Origin: Chlamydiales bacterium
GTDB lineage: Bacteria > Chlamydiota > Chlamydiia > Chlamydiales > JBDQID01
Direction: 5' to 3'
Assembly (NCBI GenBank): GCA_047611865.1
Contig: JBLFWS010000052.1
Span: 1 to 20,437 of the forward strand
DNA length: 20,437 bases
The notes beneath the pieces were generated by a model. It was not told the DNA's origin and did not search any database. It saw only the letters and a program-made list of their open reading frames with translations. Shown in pieces: positions 8,346 to 15,796 of this stretch (positions are counted from its first letter, which is position 1; each line of letters begins with the position of its first letter). Both the position numbers and the translations under genes were made by a program.

Positions 8346-8642
8346 GTGCCATTATCGTCTGTCTTTAACCGTTATCTTTTTCGTATGTATCTTGTGTCGG
8401 GCCTTCAGCCCTCAGATGGTTTTTCGGATCCTTTCCTAGCCCTGCACTCGCCAAAGGCTCGCTTCAGACTAGGCTATTGGTGTAACGCGCTTCCAGCGCT
8501 GAAAGAAGGGACGAAGTCCCGATACACCAATAGCCTAGGGCGTAAGCCCTAGGTAATGAGCAAGTAAGATTACTGAGCGCTGAAAGCGCGACACAAAATT
8601 ACCAGCCCAAAAGATAACGATAATAGACAGACTACCGTGGCA
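8346..8642. repeat. ~300-bp nested palindromic (REPIN/MITE-like) element
   Basis: Nested inverted repeats: GTCTGTCT (8357-8364)/AGACAGAC (8625-8632); CGTTATCTTTT (8370-8380)/AAAAGATAACG (8609-8619); TTGTGTCG..CTCAG / CTGAG..CGACACAA; perfect 16-bp CTAGGCTATTGGTGTA (8469-8484)/(8523-8538). Small hairpins GGGAC-gaa-GTCCC and CCTAGGGC-gtaa-GCCCTAGG. Confidence 0.8.
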
Positions 8643-8874
8643 AACAAAAATACGAATTAAGATCTTATGCTAATAAGTAAACACAGTCCCTATAAATCAC
8701 AAGACCCTAAAAATTAAGATGATATATACTTTGTTACTTATTATTTATAATAAGTAATAGATTTGGCACAGAATATGTAATAGGTATTATGTTTTTATGC
8801 TGATCTTAGAATAATAAGTTTATTAATATTAGTTCTAATATAAGCCCTAGGATCCAAGTATCAAAACATTGATT

Positions 8875-9075
8875 GTTCGTCTATATGACGGACACCGGGG
8901 GGACTTAAGAAAAGATCAACATTAGCCCAACAGGGGATTTATCTGGGCTCATGAGGATCTTATTCATTAAAAACGCGTTTGCCAAATAAAGTGCAGACAC
9001 CGCGTTTTCTAGCCACTGGCTAGGAGAAGGAGAGATCGAAGAGGCGAGCCCCAGACTTGCCTCTTCATTTTTTTT
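8875..9075 (+). ncRNA. Candidate structured non-coding RNA, family unknown
   Basis: No credible + strand ORF, five consecutive stems, and a + strand intrinsic terminator at the end. Several stem mismatches are G-U on the + strand. The 5' end is uncertain. Confidence 0.4.
9038..9075 (+). terminator. Intrinsic terminator (+ strand U-tract), abutting the arginase stop codon
   Basis: GAAGAGGCGAG-ccccaga-CTTGCCTCTTC followed by A and eight T's. Confidence 0.75.
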
Positions 9076-10054
9076 AACTCTCAGTACGGAAAATAGCCTC
9101 AGCACAATCTTGAATAATCTTTTTCGTCTTACCGTCCACATCTCTGTTAGGATTGTACTCGACAATTTCAAAACCTTTTAAATCAGAGTTAGTACTCAAA
9201 ATTTTTAAAGCCTTAATCAATTCTTCTGCACGAACTCCGCCAGGCTCTGGAGAACCCACACCAGGAGCATCTTCTGGGTCTATTACATCTAAGTCCAGGC
9301 TTATTCCAAATCCAACCGTGTTTTTACTGACATGAGCTACAGCATCAGCGAGAACCGCTGCAATTCCTCGCTCCTCTACTTCTTTCATATAAAACACACG
9401 AACATTAAGGCGATTTATCAGCTCTACTTCCTCTGCTTCAAAGGAGCGGATACCCACAAGGCAGAGATTTTCCGGGAACAAAACCGGTTCCTTTCGCTTC
9501 AACTGAGATAAACTCTCATGGCCATATCCTAGTAAACCCGCCAGCGGCATTCCATGCCATGCTCCTGAGGGAGAAGTTTCAGTCACATGACAGTCCATAT
9601 GAGCATCCACCCATATAAGTCCAAAGGGGAGAGAGCTCTTATTTTTCAGGGGCCAACGAACCCCGTTCCAAGTACCAACAGCAATAGTATGATCTCCCCC
9701 GATAACAAGAGGAAAATTCCCTTGATTCACGACTTCACTTACCTGACCCGCCAAGCGCAGGTTATGGTCCGTTATAATAGGTAAAGCTTTCTCGAGGGAT
9801 ATGTTCTCCAACTTAAAACTTTTGAAGGGTATTACAGAATCCCATCCGTGTACCAAGACTCCGGAATATTTCAACTTTTCTTTCATCCCAGATTGATTGA
9901 GTACTTCTGGACCTTCTTCACAGTCTCTAATTTGAGCCCCCCAGCCTGAAGGAGCCCCAATGATGTGAACTTTTTTTCGTGAAACTGGAGAACTCCAGAA
10001 AGTGAAAAACACATACAACGAAGCCAAACAAAGAAACAGTAGTACGTTAATCAT
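9074..10054 (-). CDS. rocF: Arginase (ureohydrolase family) with N-terminal hydrophobic segment
   Basis: GGDHT, WVDAHMD, SPSGAWHGMP, SLDLDVIDP..APGVG and EIVEYNP motifs give the complete binuclear Mn ligand set and the arginase-type HGMP loop. Confidence 0.88.
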   Translation of the reverse strand: MINVLLFLCLASLYVFFTFWSSPVSRKKVHIIGAPSGWGAQIRDCEEGPEVLNQSGMKEKLKYSGVLVHGWDSVIPFKSFKLENISLEKALPIITDHNLRLAGQVSEVVNQGNFPLVIGGDHTIAVGTWNGVRWPLKNKSSLPFGLIWVDAHMDCHVTETSPSGAWHGMPLAGLLGYGHESLSQLKRKEPVLFPENLCLVGIRSFEAEEVELINRLNVRVFYMKEVEERGIAAVLADAVAHVSKNTVGFGISLDLDVIDPEDAPGVGSPEPGGVRAEELIKALKILSTNSDLKGFEIVEYNPNRDVDGKTKKIIQDCAEAIFRTES

Positions 10055-10201
10055 CCTAACACCCTAGTTAAAAAGCCTATTTTCAGTATTTTGTAATACC
10101 CGACATATGAGGCATAAAACTAAAAACCTCAATCAAAAAATTACTGGAAATCTTCTACAGGTATGGCTGCAAGAGGAGAACATGGCGTACTTAAGCTATG
10201 A

Positions 10202-10274
10202 CGAGACTGACAGCAAATCAAGAGCTATCTCTTTGATTTACTGTCAGTCTCGACACCCCTTGTAGGAGGGTGTC
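10202..10274 (-). terminator. Double hairpin just downstream of the thiamine operon (terminator/stabiliser or repeat remnant)
   Basis: CGAGACTGACAG(C)AAATCAA..TTGATTT(A)CTGTCAGTCTCG (10202-10252), then GACACCC..GGGTGTC (10252-10274). Confidence 0.5.
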
Positions 10275-10286
10275 ATCCCGTATTAA

Positions 10287-11402
10287 TTAAGTACTGGCAA
10301 AATCACAGGCGTCGACAAACTCTAAATACTTATCTATTCCTCCTTCCAGAGAAAAAAGCTGCTTATGCTCCAACACCCCGTTTAGCCACTGGGCAGCGAT
10401 ACCACTCCGGATTCCTTTTTGACAATAGAATATCACAGGTTTTCCTTTTAAAATCCTCTCTACTGACTCTTCCAGGACTGATAAAGGTATGTGATCCCCT
10501 CCGATACTACGAGTCTTCCTTTCGTGGCCTTCTCTAACATCAACCAACTGAAAATCAGCTCGACCATCCACAAGTTTTTTCAGATCAGGAGCTGAAATCT
10601 CAGAAACAATGTGAACTTTAGATACAGGGTGACTGTCTTTGCCAGTATCTTCTTCCAAGTTAAAAATACGCGTTTCAAGAGTTAATCCATCAAAAACAAA
10701 AACGCGGCCAATAAGAGTATTTTTCATACCCACTATTAATTTCACCACTTCAAGAGCCTGGATGCTACCTATAATCCCCGGAAGCATACCCAAAACCCCT
10801 CCTTCAACACAGTCTTTCACTGTTCCTGGGCATGGAGCGCTGGGGAAAAGAGATCTGTAATCCGGGCTGCGGCCTCCACCTGGCAAGCGAGCGTTGAATA
10901 TTGCCACCTGTCCCTCAAACTGGGATATGGAAGCATAAACAAAGGGTTTATCATGTTCGACACAAGCATCATTGATAGCATAGCGCGAAGGAAAGTTATC
11001 TGTAGCGTCCACGAGCACATCATAATCTTTCAATAGAGAAGCTGCATTGCCGAAAGAAAATTTCTCGCAGTATGTCAAAACCTTTACATGAGGATTGAGT
11101 TCCGACAACTTCTCATGAACGACCTTTACCTTCGAACTTCCTACGTCGCTATCATCATAAAGAAGCTGACGGTGTAGATTACTTCTGTCTACATTGTCTG
11201 AATCAACGACACCCAGAGTTCCTACACCTGCCGCTGCCAGATAAGAAAGAACAGGACAGCCTAACCCTCCTGCTCCAACAACCAAAACCCTTGCCACTTT
11301 CAGCTTTTTCTGCCCTTCTTCCGACAACTCCGATAGGGTCACCTGACGACTATATCGCTCTGACTCTTCAGCGCTTAATTCTATTTTATTTGTCTGAAAC
11401 AT
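10287..11402 (-). CDS. thiF: ThiF/MoeB-family sulfur-carrier adenylyltransferase fused to a C-terminal rhodanese (MoeZ-like)
   Basis: RYSRQ, VLVVGAGGLG, DNVDRSNLHRQ, DATDNF and CVEGGVLG motifs; rhodanese VDVRE...FYCQKGIRS...LEGG. Start at ATG 11402 with an AGGAG SD. Last gene of the thi operon. Confidence 0.85.
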   Translation of the reverse strand: MFQTNKIELSAEESERYSRQVTLSELSEEGQKKLKVARVLVVGAGGLGCPVLSYLAAAGVGTLGVVDSDNVDRSNLHRQLLYDDSDVGSSKVKVVHEKLSELNPHVKVLTYCEKFSFGNAASLLKDYDVLVDATDNFPSRYAINDACVEHDKPFVYASISQFEGQVAIFNARLPGGGRSPDYRSLFPSAPCPGTVKDCVEGGVLGMLPGIIGSIQALEVVKLIVGMKNTLIGRVFVFDGLTLETRIFNLEEDTGKDSHPVSKVHIVSEISAPDLKKLVDGRADFQLVDVREGHERKTRSIGGDHIPLSVLEESVERILKGKPVIFYCQKGIRSGIAAQWLNGVLEHKQLFSLEGGIDKYLEFVDACDFAST

Positions 11403-12042
11403 ATGCGCCGCTCCTGCTGAAAGATTCAATAAGCTTTTTCAGTCGCTGAGTATCCTCCTGAGGATCTTCCGAATCACATACTGCGGAAATAACCGCTACA
11501 CCCGTAGCTCCACTCTCAATAACTGAACATACATTCTCCTCAGAAATCCCCCCAATGGCAATTACAGGAAGATCGGTTGTACAACACAACTCTTCCAAAG
11601 CCTCCAAACCAAGAGGAGCTCCTTCTTTCTCTTTACTTTGAGTAGGAAAGATATGACCAAAGCCTATGTAATTCGCACCACTCTCTTCTACGCGCCGTGC
11701 TTCTTCCAAATTCCCAGCTGTTCCTCCAATGATCTTATCTTCTCCCAAAACACTCCTGGCGACTGAAATGGGGAAGTCCCCTTGTCCGAGGTGTACTCCA
11801 TCAGCATCCACAGCTTCTGCAATATCCACACGATCATTTACAATAAATGTCACCCCAGCTTCCTGACAAAGATCCCTAATTCCCTTAGAGAAAAATAAGA
11901 ATGCATCTGAGCCTTTTTCTTTATCCCTAAACTGAATGACATCTGCGCCCCCTCTAATGGCCATTTTGGCCAGTTCAATAGGGGAATATTCATCATCTGT
12001 TGTAGAATTTACGATGACATACAGTCCTTTAACCTCTTTCAC
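11386..12042 (-). CDS. thiE: Thiamine-phosphate synthase
   Basis: QFRDK, VNDRVDIA, GVHLGQGD, FPTQSK, AIGGI and AVISAV motifs. Confidence 0.92.
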   Translation of the reverse strand: MKEVKGLYVIVNSTTDDEYSPIELAKMAIRGGADVIQFRDKEKGSDAFLFFSKGIRDLCQEAGVTFIVNDRVDIAEAVDADGVHLGQGDFPISVARSVLGEDKIIGGTAGNLEEARRVEESGANYIGFGHIFPTQSKEKEGAPLGLEALEELCCTTDLPVIAIGGISEENVCSVIESGATGVAVISAVCDSEDPQEDTQRLKKLIESFSRSGAYVSDK

Positions 12043-12649
12043 AGGTTTCCTCCATAACTTTTTTCATTGTTTGTACAGCTTCTCCCACTTGGGAAGCGTG
12101 CATAATATTAGAAATTACAGATATACCATAGGCACCATGACGAATACAATCCACAGCTCTCATCCTATCAATTCCTCCGACAGCAATTACCGGTATTTCT
12201 ACGGAGGCCGTAAGTTTCTTCAAGATCTTTAAGCCTTGAGGGGAACCATATCGCTCTTTTGAAGCTGTAGAAAAAATCGGCCCAAAGGTGATGTAATCGG
12301 CCCCTTCTTTTTCTGCCTGCCTGGCCGCATCAATGGAGTGCACACTGACTCCCACTTGAATATCTCTGCATGGTAAAGATGAAAGATTCTTTTCGGGGAG
12401 GTGTACGCCATCCGCTCCAATAAGCTTTGCGATTTCCACGCATTCGTTAATATAAAGCCTCACTCCATACTTTTTAGATATCTCTCTAAGCTGACGAGAC
12501 AGGAGATAAAATTCTCTCTCATCAAGTTGCTTCTCTCTTAACTGAATAGCCTCTATCCCTGCGGCACAAGCTTCTTCCATTATAGACATAAAGCGAGGGT
12601 TCTCATGACTTGATCCATCGCTTATCAATAAAAGGCGTGGAACATCCAT
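12029..12649 (-). CDS. tenI: ThiE-fold paralog, probably thiazole tautomerase TenI
   Basis: IQLREK, GVHLPE (not HLGQxD), GVSVHS and FGPIFSTASK motifs; the ND motif is altered to NE. It sits beside an intact thiE and after thiG. Confidence 0.7.
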   Translation of the reverse strand: MDVPRLLLISDGSSHENPRFMSIMEEACAAGIEAIQLREKQLDEREFYLLSRQLREISKKYGVRLYINECVEIAKLIGADGVHLPEKNLSSLPCRDIQVGVSVHSIDAARQAEKEGADYITFGPIFSTASKERYGSPQGLKILKKLTASVEIPVIAVGGIDRMRAVDCIRHGAYGISVISNIMHASQVGEAVQTMKKVMEETCERG

Positions 12650-13428
12650 TACATCCCCACTAACCCGCCCAGAGGACTCGAAGCCTCTGCGTAGAGCTTG
12701 CGGGGTATGCGACCAGATAGAAACGCTTGCCTCCCCCCTTCACAGGCAAGCTTCATAGCACGTGCCATCGATACGGGATGCTTTGCTTGAGAGATCGCTG
12801 TATTGACAAGGACCGCATCAGCTCCCAGTTCCATTGCAATGGTTACATCAGAGGCAGTCCCTATCCCTGCATCAATGATTACGGGGATATCTATATTTTC
12901 TCGTATTATCTGAATGTTGTAAGGGTTTTGAATACCCATTCCTGAACCAATCGGAGATGCGAGAGGCATAACAGCTGCACACCCCATATCTGCTAACCTC
13001 CGACATATAATTAAATCATCAGTACAATAAGGGAGAACAACAAATCCCTCCCTAACAAGTTCGGCAGCTGCTTTTAATAATTCAACGACATCAGGTAAAA
13101 GTGTTTTGTCATCTCCTATAACCTCTAGCTTCACCCAATTTATCTCAAGGGCCTCCCTTGCCAATTGTGCGGTCAGCACTGCGTCTTTTGCTGTATAACA
13201 ACCTGCCGTATTAGGAAGCAGGTGATAACGATCCGTATCGAGATATCTCAAGATGCCATCAGAGTGAGAACTTTTGATATCCATCCTCCGAATAGCAAGG
13301 GTTACAAGCTCTGTTGCACTTGCCTCTATAGCTTTTTGCATTGTCTGCGGATCGGGATATCGCGCCGAACCTAGGAAAAGTCTCGACTCGAAAACTTTAT
13401 CCGCTATCTTCAATCCTTGAGTAAACAT
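12649..13428 (-). CDS. thiG: Thiazole synthase
   Basis: [33 protein letters not shown] and DAGIGTASD motifs. Start at ATG 13428, just after the thiS stop. Confidence 0.97.
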   Translation of the reverse strand: MFTQGLKIADKVFESRLFLGSARYPDPQTMQKAIEASATELVTLAIRRMDIKSSHSDGILRYLDTDRYHLLPNTAGCYTAKDAVLTAQLAREALEINWVKLEVIGDDKTLLPDVVELLKAAAELVREGFVVLPYCTDDLIICRRLADMGCAAVMPLASPIGSGMGIQNPYNIQIIRENIDIPVIIDAGIGTASDVTIAMELGADAVLVNTAISQAKHPVSMARAMKLACEGGRQAFLSGRIPRKLYAEASSPLGGLVGM

Positions 13429-13429
13429 T

Positions 13430-13636
13430 TCATCCACCTTGTACGGCATGTATAACTTCTACCCTGTCACCATCGCTTAGATAACATTCTTCCCAAAAAC
13501 TTCTAGGCAGGACACTGTCATTCATCGCTACTGCGATTCCTCTAGTCTCTGAATCAATCTGCCGTTCTTTCAGGAGTTCCAAAAGAGTGGGCTCTCCATT
13601 GATTATGGACTCTTCACCGTTATATTTAATATTCAT
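13430..13636 (-). CDS. thiS: Sulfur carrier protein ThiS
   Basis: 68 aa; GIAVAMN..V, W....L..GD.VEVI, and C-terminal VQGG diglycine. Confidence 0.95.
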   Translation of the reverse strand: MNIKYNGEESIINGEPTLLELLKERQIDSETRGIAVAMNDSVLPRSFWEECYLSDGDRVEVIHAVQGG

Positions 13637-13637
13637 G

Positions 13638-14699
13638 TCAATTCCTCTCTGCCATTTTATAAGCTGTCAATGGGGCAAGCAAAATACCCCCCCTGCCGTG
13701 ACCTGTAGCATAATACAAGCCCTCTACTCCACACCCGCCCTCACAAGGCAAGTGATCATCAGTGCTTGGACGTAATCCCACTGAAATATCTTCGATACTA
13801 CATTCATAGATAGACGGAAATAACTCCCAGGCATCGCGAAGGAGATCCATAACGGGTCCTGCTGTTACCCTTTCATCCATACCAAGGTCTTCAGATGAAG
13901 CTCCTACTCGCAGAGTTCCATCCAGTTTTGGAACTAGATAGACTCTTGGGGAACGCACTACATGGTGTAGCTCTCGCCCCTCTTCCATTTTCAGCGTTAG
14001 GATTTGTCCTTTGACGGGGCGAATCATAGGTTTCTGGACAGCTAGAGGAACTTTAATTTTCCCTGACCAAGCTCCCGCAGCAATTATCACTTTGGAGGCC
14101 TCTAAGAATTCTCCATTTCCCAGAGCAACACCAAGTACCTTGCCCTCTTCAGCTATAACTTCCGTCACTGCCGATTTCTCAAGCAATTCCCCCCCCTTCA
14201 ATCTCAATGCTTTTTTCAAAGCCTCTATGAGAAGACGGTTATTCACCTGACATTCCTTTTCCAAATAAATGGCCGAGCTTATTCGAGGAGATAGTAAAGG
14301 TTCGAGATCTCTGGCCTCTTCTCCTGAAATCCATTTAACGGGAAATCCCTTATGAACTTTAAACTCATGAATCCTCTGCAGATACTCCATGTCATCCCGG
14401 TCCTTAGCAACAATTAGGCTGCCGTGACTATCCATAGGGATTTCTGCTCCAAGATCAACTTTAAGTTCTGCAAGAAAACGAGGATACAAATGTAAACTTT
14501 TCTCCCCCATACGGAACAAGTCATCATCTTCAAAACCCGCCTCCGAATAGGGCGTGAGCATACCTGAACCTGCCCAACTAGCCTTCTTTCCAGCAATTTC
14601 TCGCTCCAAGACAGTCACTTTCATTCCCTTTCTTGCCATCTGCCAAGCTATACTCAAGCCTATCAGCCCACCCCCAACAATGATGTTTAACGATGACAT
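13638..14699 (-). CDS. thiO: Glycine oxidase ThiO
   Basis: IVGGGLIG FAD motif, ASWAGSGML, AAGAWS, RPVKGQ, YLVP, GLRP and GHGRGGILLAP motifs. Start at ATG 14699 with a GAGGAGG SD. Confidence 0.93.
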   Translation of the reverse strand: MSSLNIIVGGGLIGLSIAWQMARKGMKVTVLEREIAGKKASWAGSGMLTPYSEAGFEDDDLFRMGEKSLHLYPRFLAELKVDLGAEIPMDSHGSLIVAKDRDDMEYLQRIHEFKVHKGFPVKWISGEEARDLEPLLSPRISSAIYLEKECQVNNRLLIEALKKALRLKGGELLEKSAVTEVIAEEGKVLGVALGNGEFLEASKVIIAAGAWSGKIKVPLAVQKPMIRPVKGQILTLKMEEGRELHHVVRSPRVYLVPKLDGTLRVGASSEDLGMDERVTAGPVMDLLRDAWELFPSIYECSIEDISVGLRPSTDDHLPCEGGCGVEGLYYATGHGRGGILLAPLTAYKMAERN

Positions 14700-15535
14700 C
14701 TCGCCTCCTCTATCTTCCATAAATCGTAAAAATGATGAACAGGGCCAAAACCCTTTCCAATAGTGAAGTTGGATCCAGCTTCTATCACTGCAGTGAGATA
14801 ATGTTTTGCAAAAGTAACGGCATCCAAAAGTTCAAAGCCCTTGGCCAGATACGCCGCAATAGCCGATGAGTAGGTACAGCCCGTCCCGTGAGTATTGCGA
14901 GTCTGAACCTCCAAGCTCTCGATCCAATGAATCGTAGAATCTATGGCTAAACAGTCACAGCCTTTTCCACTCTTGAGATGTCCACCCTTTAAGAGAACAG
15001 CCCTTGCACCCATTTCTTGAATTTCAAGAGCCGCTTCTTCCATTTGCTCTTTTACTTCTACTCTTCTCCCCAAAAGTCTTGAAGCTTCTGGTAGGTTGGG
15101 TGTAAGCAAGGTAGCCAAAGGAAATAGGAGAGCGATTAGATCTTTAATTGCATCTCGCCCTAGCAGGCAAGTACCTGACGTGGATATCATCACAGGATCC
15201 AATACCACCGGTACTGAATCAAAATAATCTAACTTTGCCGCAATCATTTTGATGATAGAAATATCTTGCAACATCCCTATCTTAATCGCATCTGTCCCAA
15301 TATCTGTTAAAACAGCATCCAATTGCTCGCCGACAAAGTCCGCTGAAACAGGATACACGCTTAGAACTTCCTGGGTATTTTGAGCAGTAAGAGCCGTAAG
15401 CACCGACGTTGCATAGCAGCCCAATGCGGAGATAGTTTTAAGATCAGCCTGAATACCTGCGCCTCCACCACTGTCAGATCCAGCAATAGTTAAAACGCGA
15501 AATGGCCGTATTGAAGCATTATAGCAAGATGTCAT
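14687..15535 (-). CDS. thiD: Hydroxymethylpyrimidine/phosphomethylpyrimidine kinase
   Basis: LTIAGSDSGGGAGIQADLKT, TAQNT, KIGML, LDPVM, TPNLPEA, LKGGH and THGTGCT motifs. Confidence 0.97.
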   Translation of the reverse strand: MTSCYNASIRPFRVLTIAGSDSGGGAGIQADLKTISALGCYATSVLTALTAQNTQEVLSVYPVSADFVGEQLDAVLTDIGTDAIKIGMLQDISIIKMIAAKLDYFDSVPVVLDPVMISTSGTCLLGRDAIKDLIALLFPLATLLTPNLPEASRLLGRRVEVKEQMEEAALEIQEMGARAVLLKGGHLKSGKGCDCLAIDSTIHWIESLEVQTRNTHGTGCTYSSAIAAYLAKGFELLDAVTFAKHYLTAVIEAGSNFTIGKGFGPVHHFYDLWKIEEARCHR

Positions 15536-15620
15536 GACATCCCTCCGCTGGCATTATCCAGATCAGGTTATACGGGTATAATCTCAGCCAGGAAAACATT
15601 ACTCCTGGCACCCCGCGTCA
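15535..15620 (-). promoter_or_regulatory. TPP riboswitch (THI box)
   Basis: Minus strand reads TGACGCGGGGTGCCAGGA..TCCTGGCTGAGATTATACCCGTATAACCTGATCTGGATAATGCCAGCGGAGGGATGTCA, with the canonical GCTGAGA, ATACCC and ACCTGATCTGGATAATGCCAGCG core, directly before thiD. Confidence 0.97.
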
Positions 15621-15632
15621 AATAAGGAACAA

Positions 15633-15661
15633 AAAATAAAGAGCATATAGATTCTTGTCAA
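15633..15661 (-). promoter_or_regulatory. Putative sigma66/sigma70 promoter of the thi operon
   Basis: TTGACA (15661-15656)-17 bp-TATTTT (15638-15633), which places the TSS a few nt before the riboswitch. Confidence 0.65.
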
Positions 15662-15796
15662 ACTTTGAAAATCTTTTCCAGGGCATTCGCATTATAGACA
15701 ATATTTTAAAATAGTTTTTCGATATTTCTTAGAAGCTAAATCTTTTAAGCGATAGTATAACTTGGAATAGCTGTCTGCCATTATAAATTCTGAGTG

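Noticed and set aside
8650..8872. Possible replication origin (AT-rich, IHF site)
   Set aside because: I found no DnaA boxes (TTATNCACA) and no origin-associated genes nearby.
8890..9075. tmRNA, RNase P, SRP or 6S identity for the structured region
   Set aside because: No tRNA-like ends or tag ending in AA, no RNase P or SRP conserved motifs, and no convincing 5'-3' rod pairing by eye. A cmscan is still needed.
8905..9171. 88-aa - strand ORF overlapping the arginase 3' end
   Set aside because: It starts inside arginase in another frame, crosses a terminator hairpin, and has no recognisable motif.
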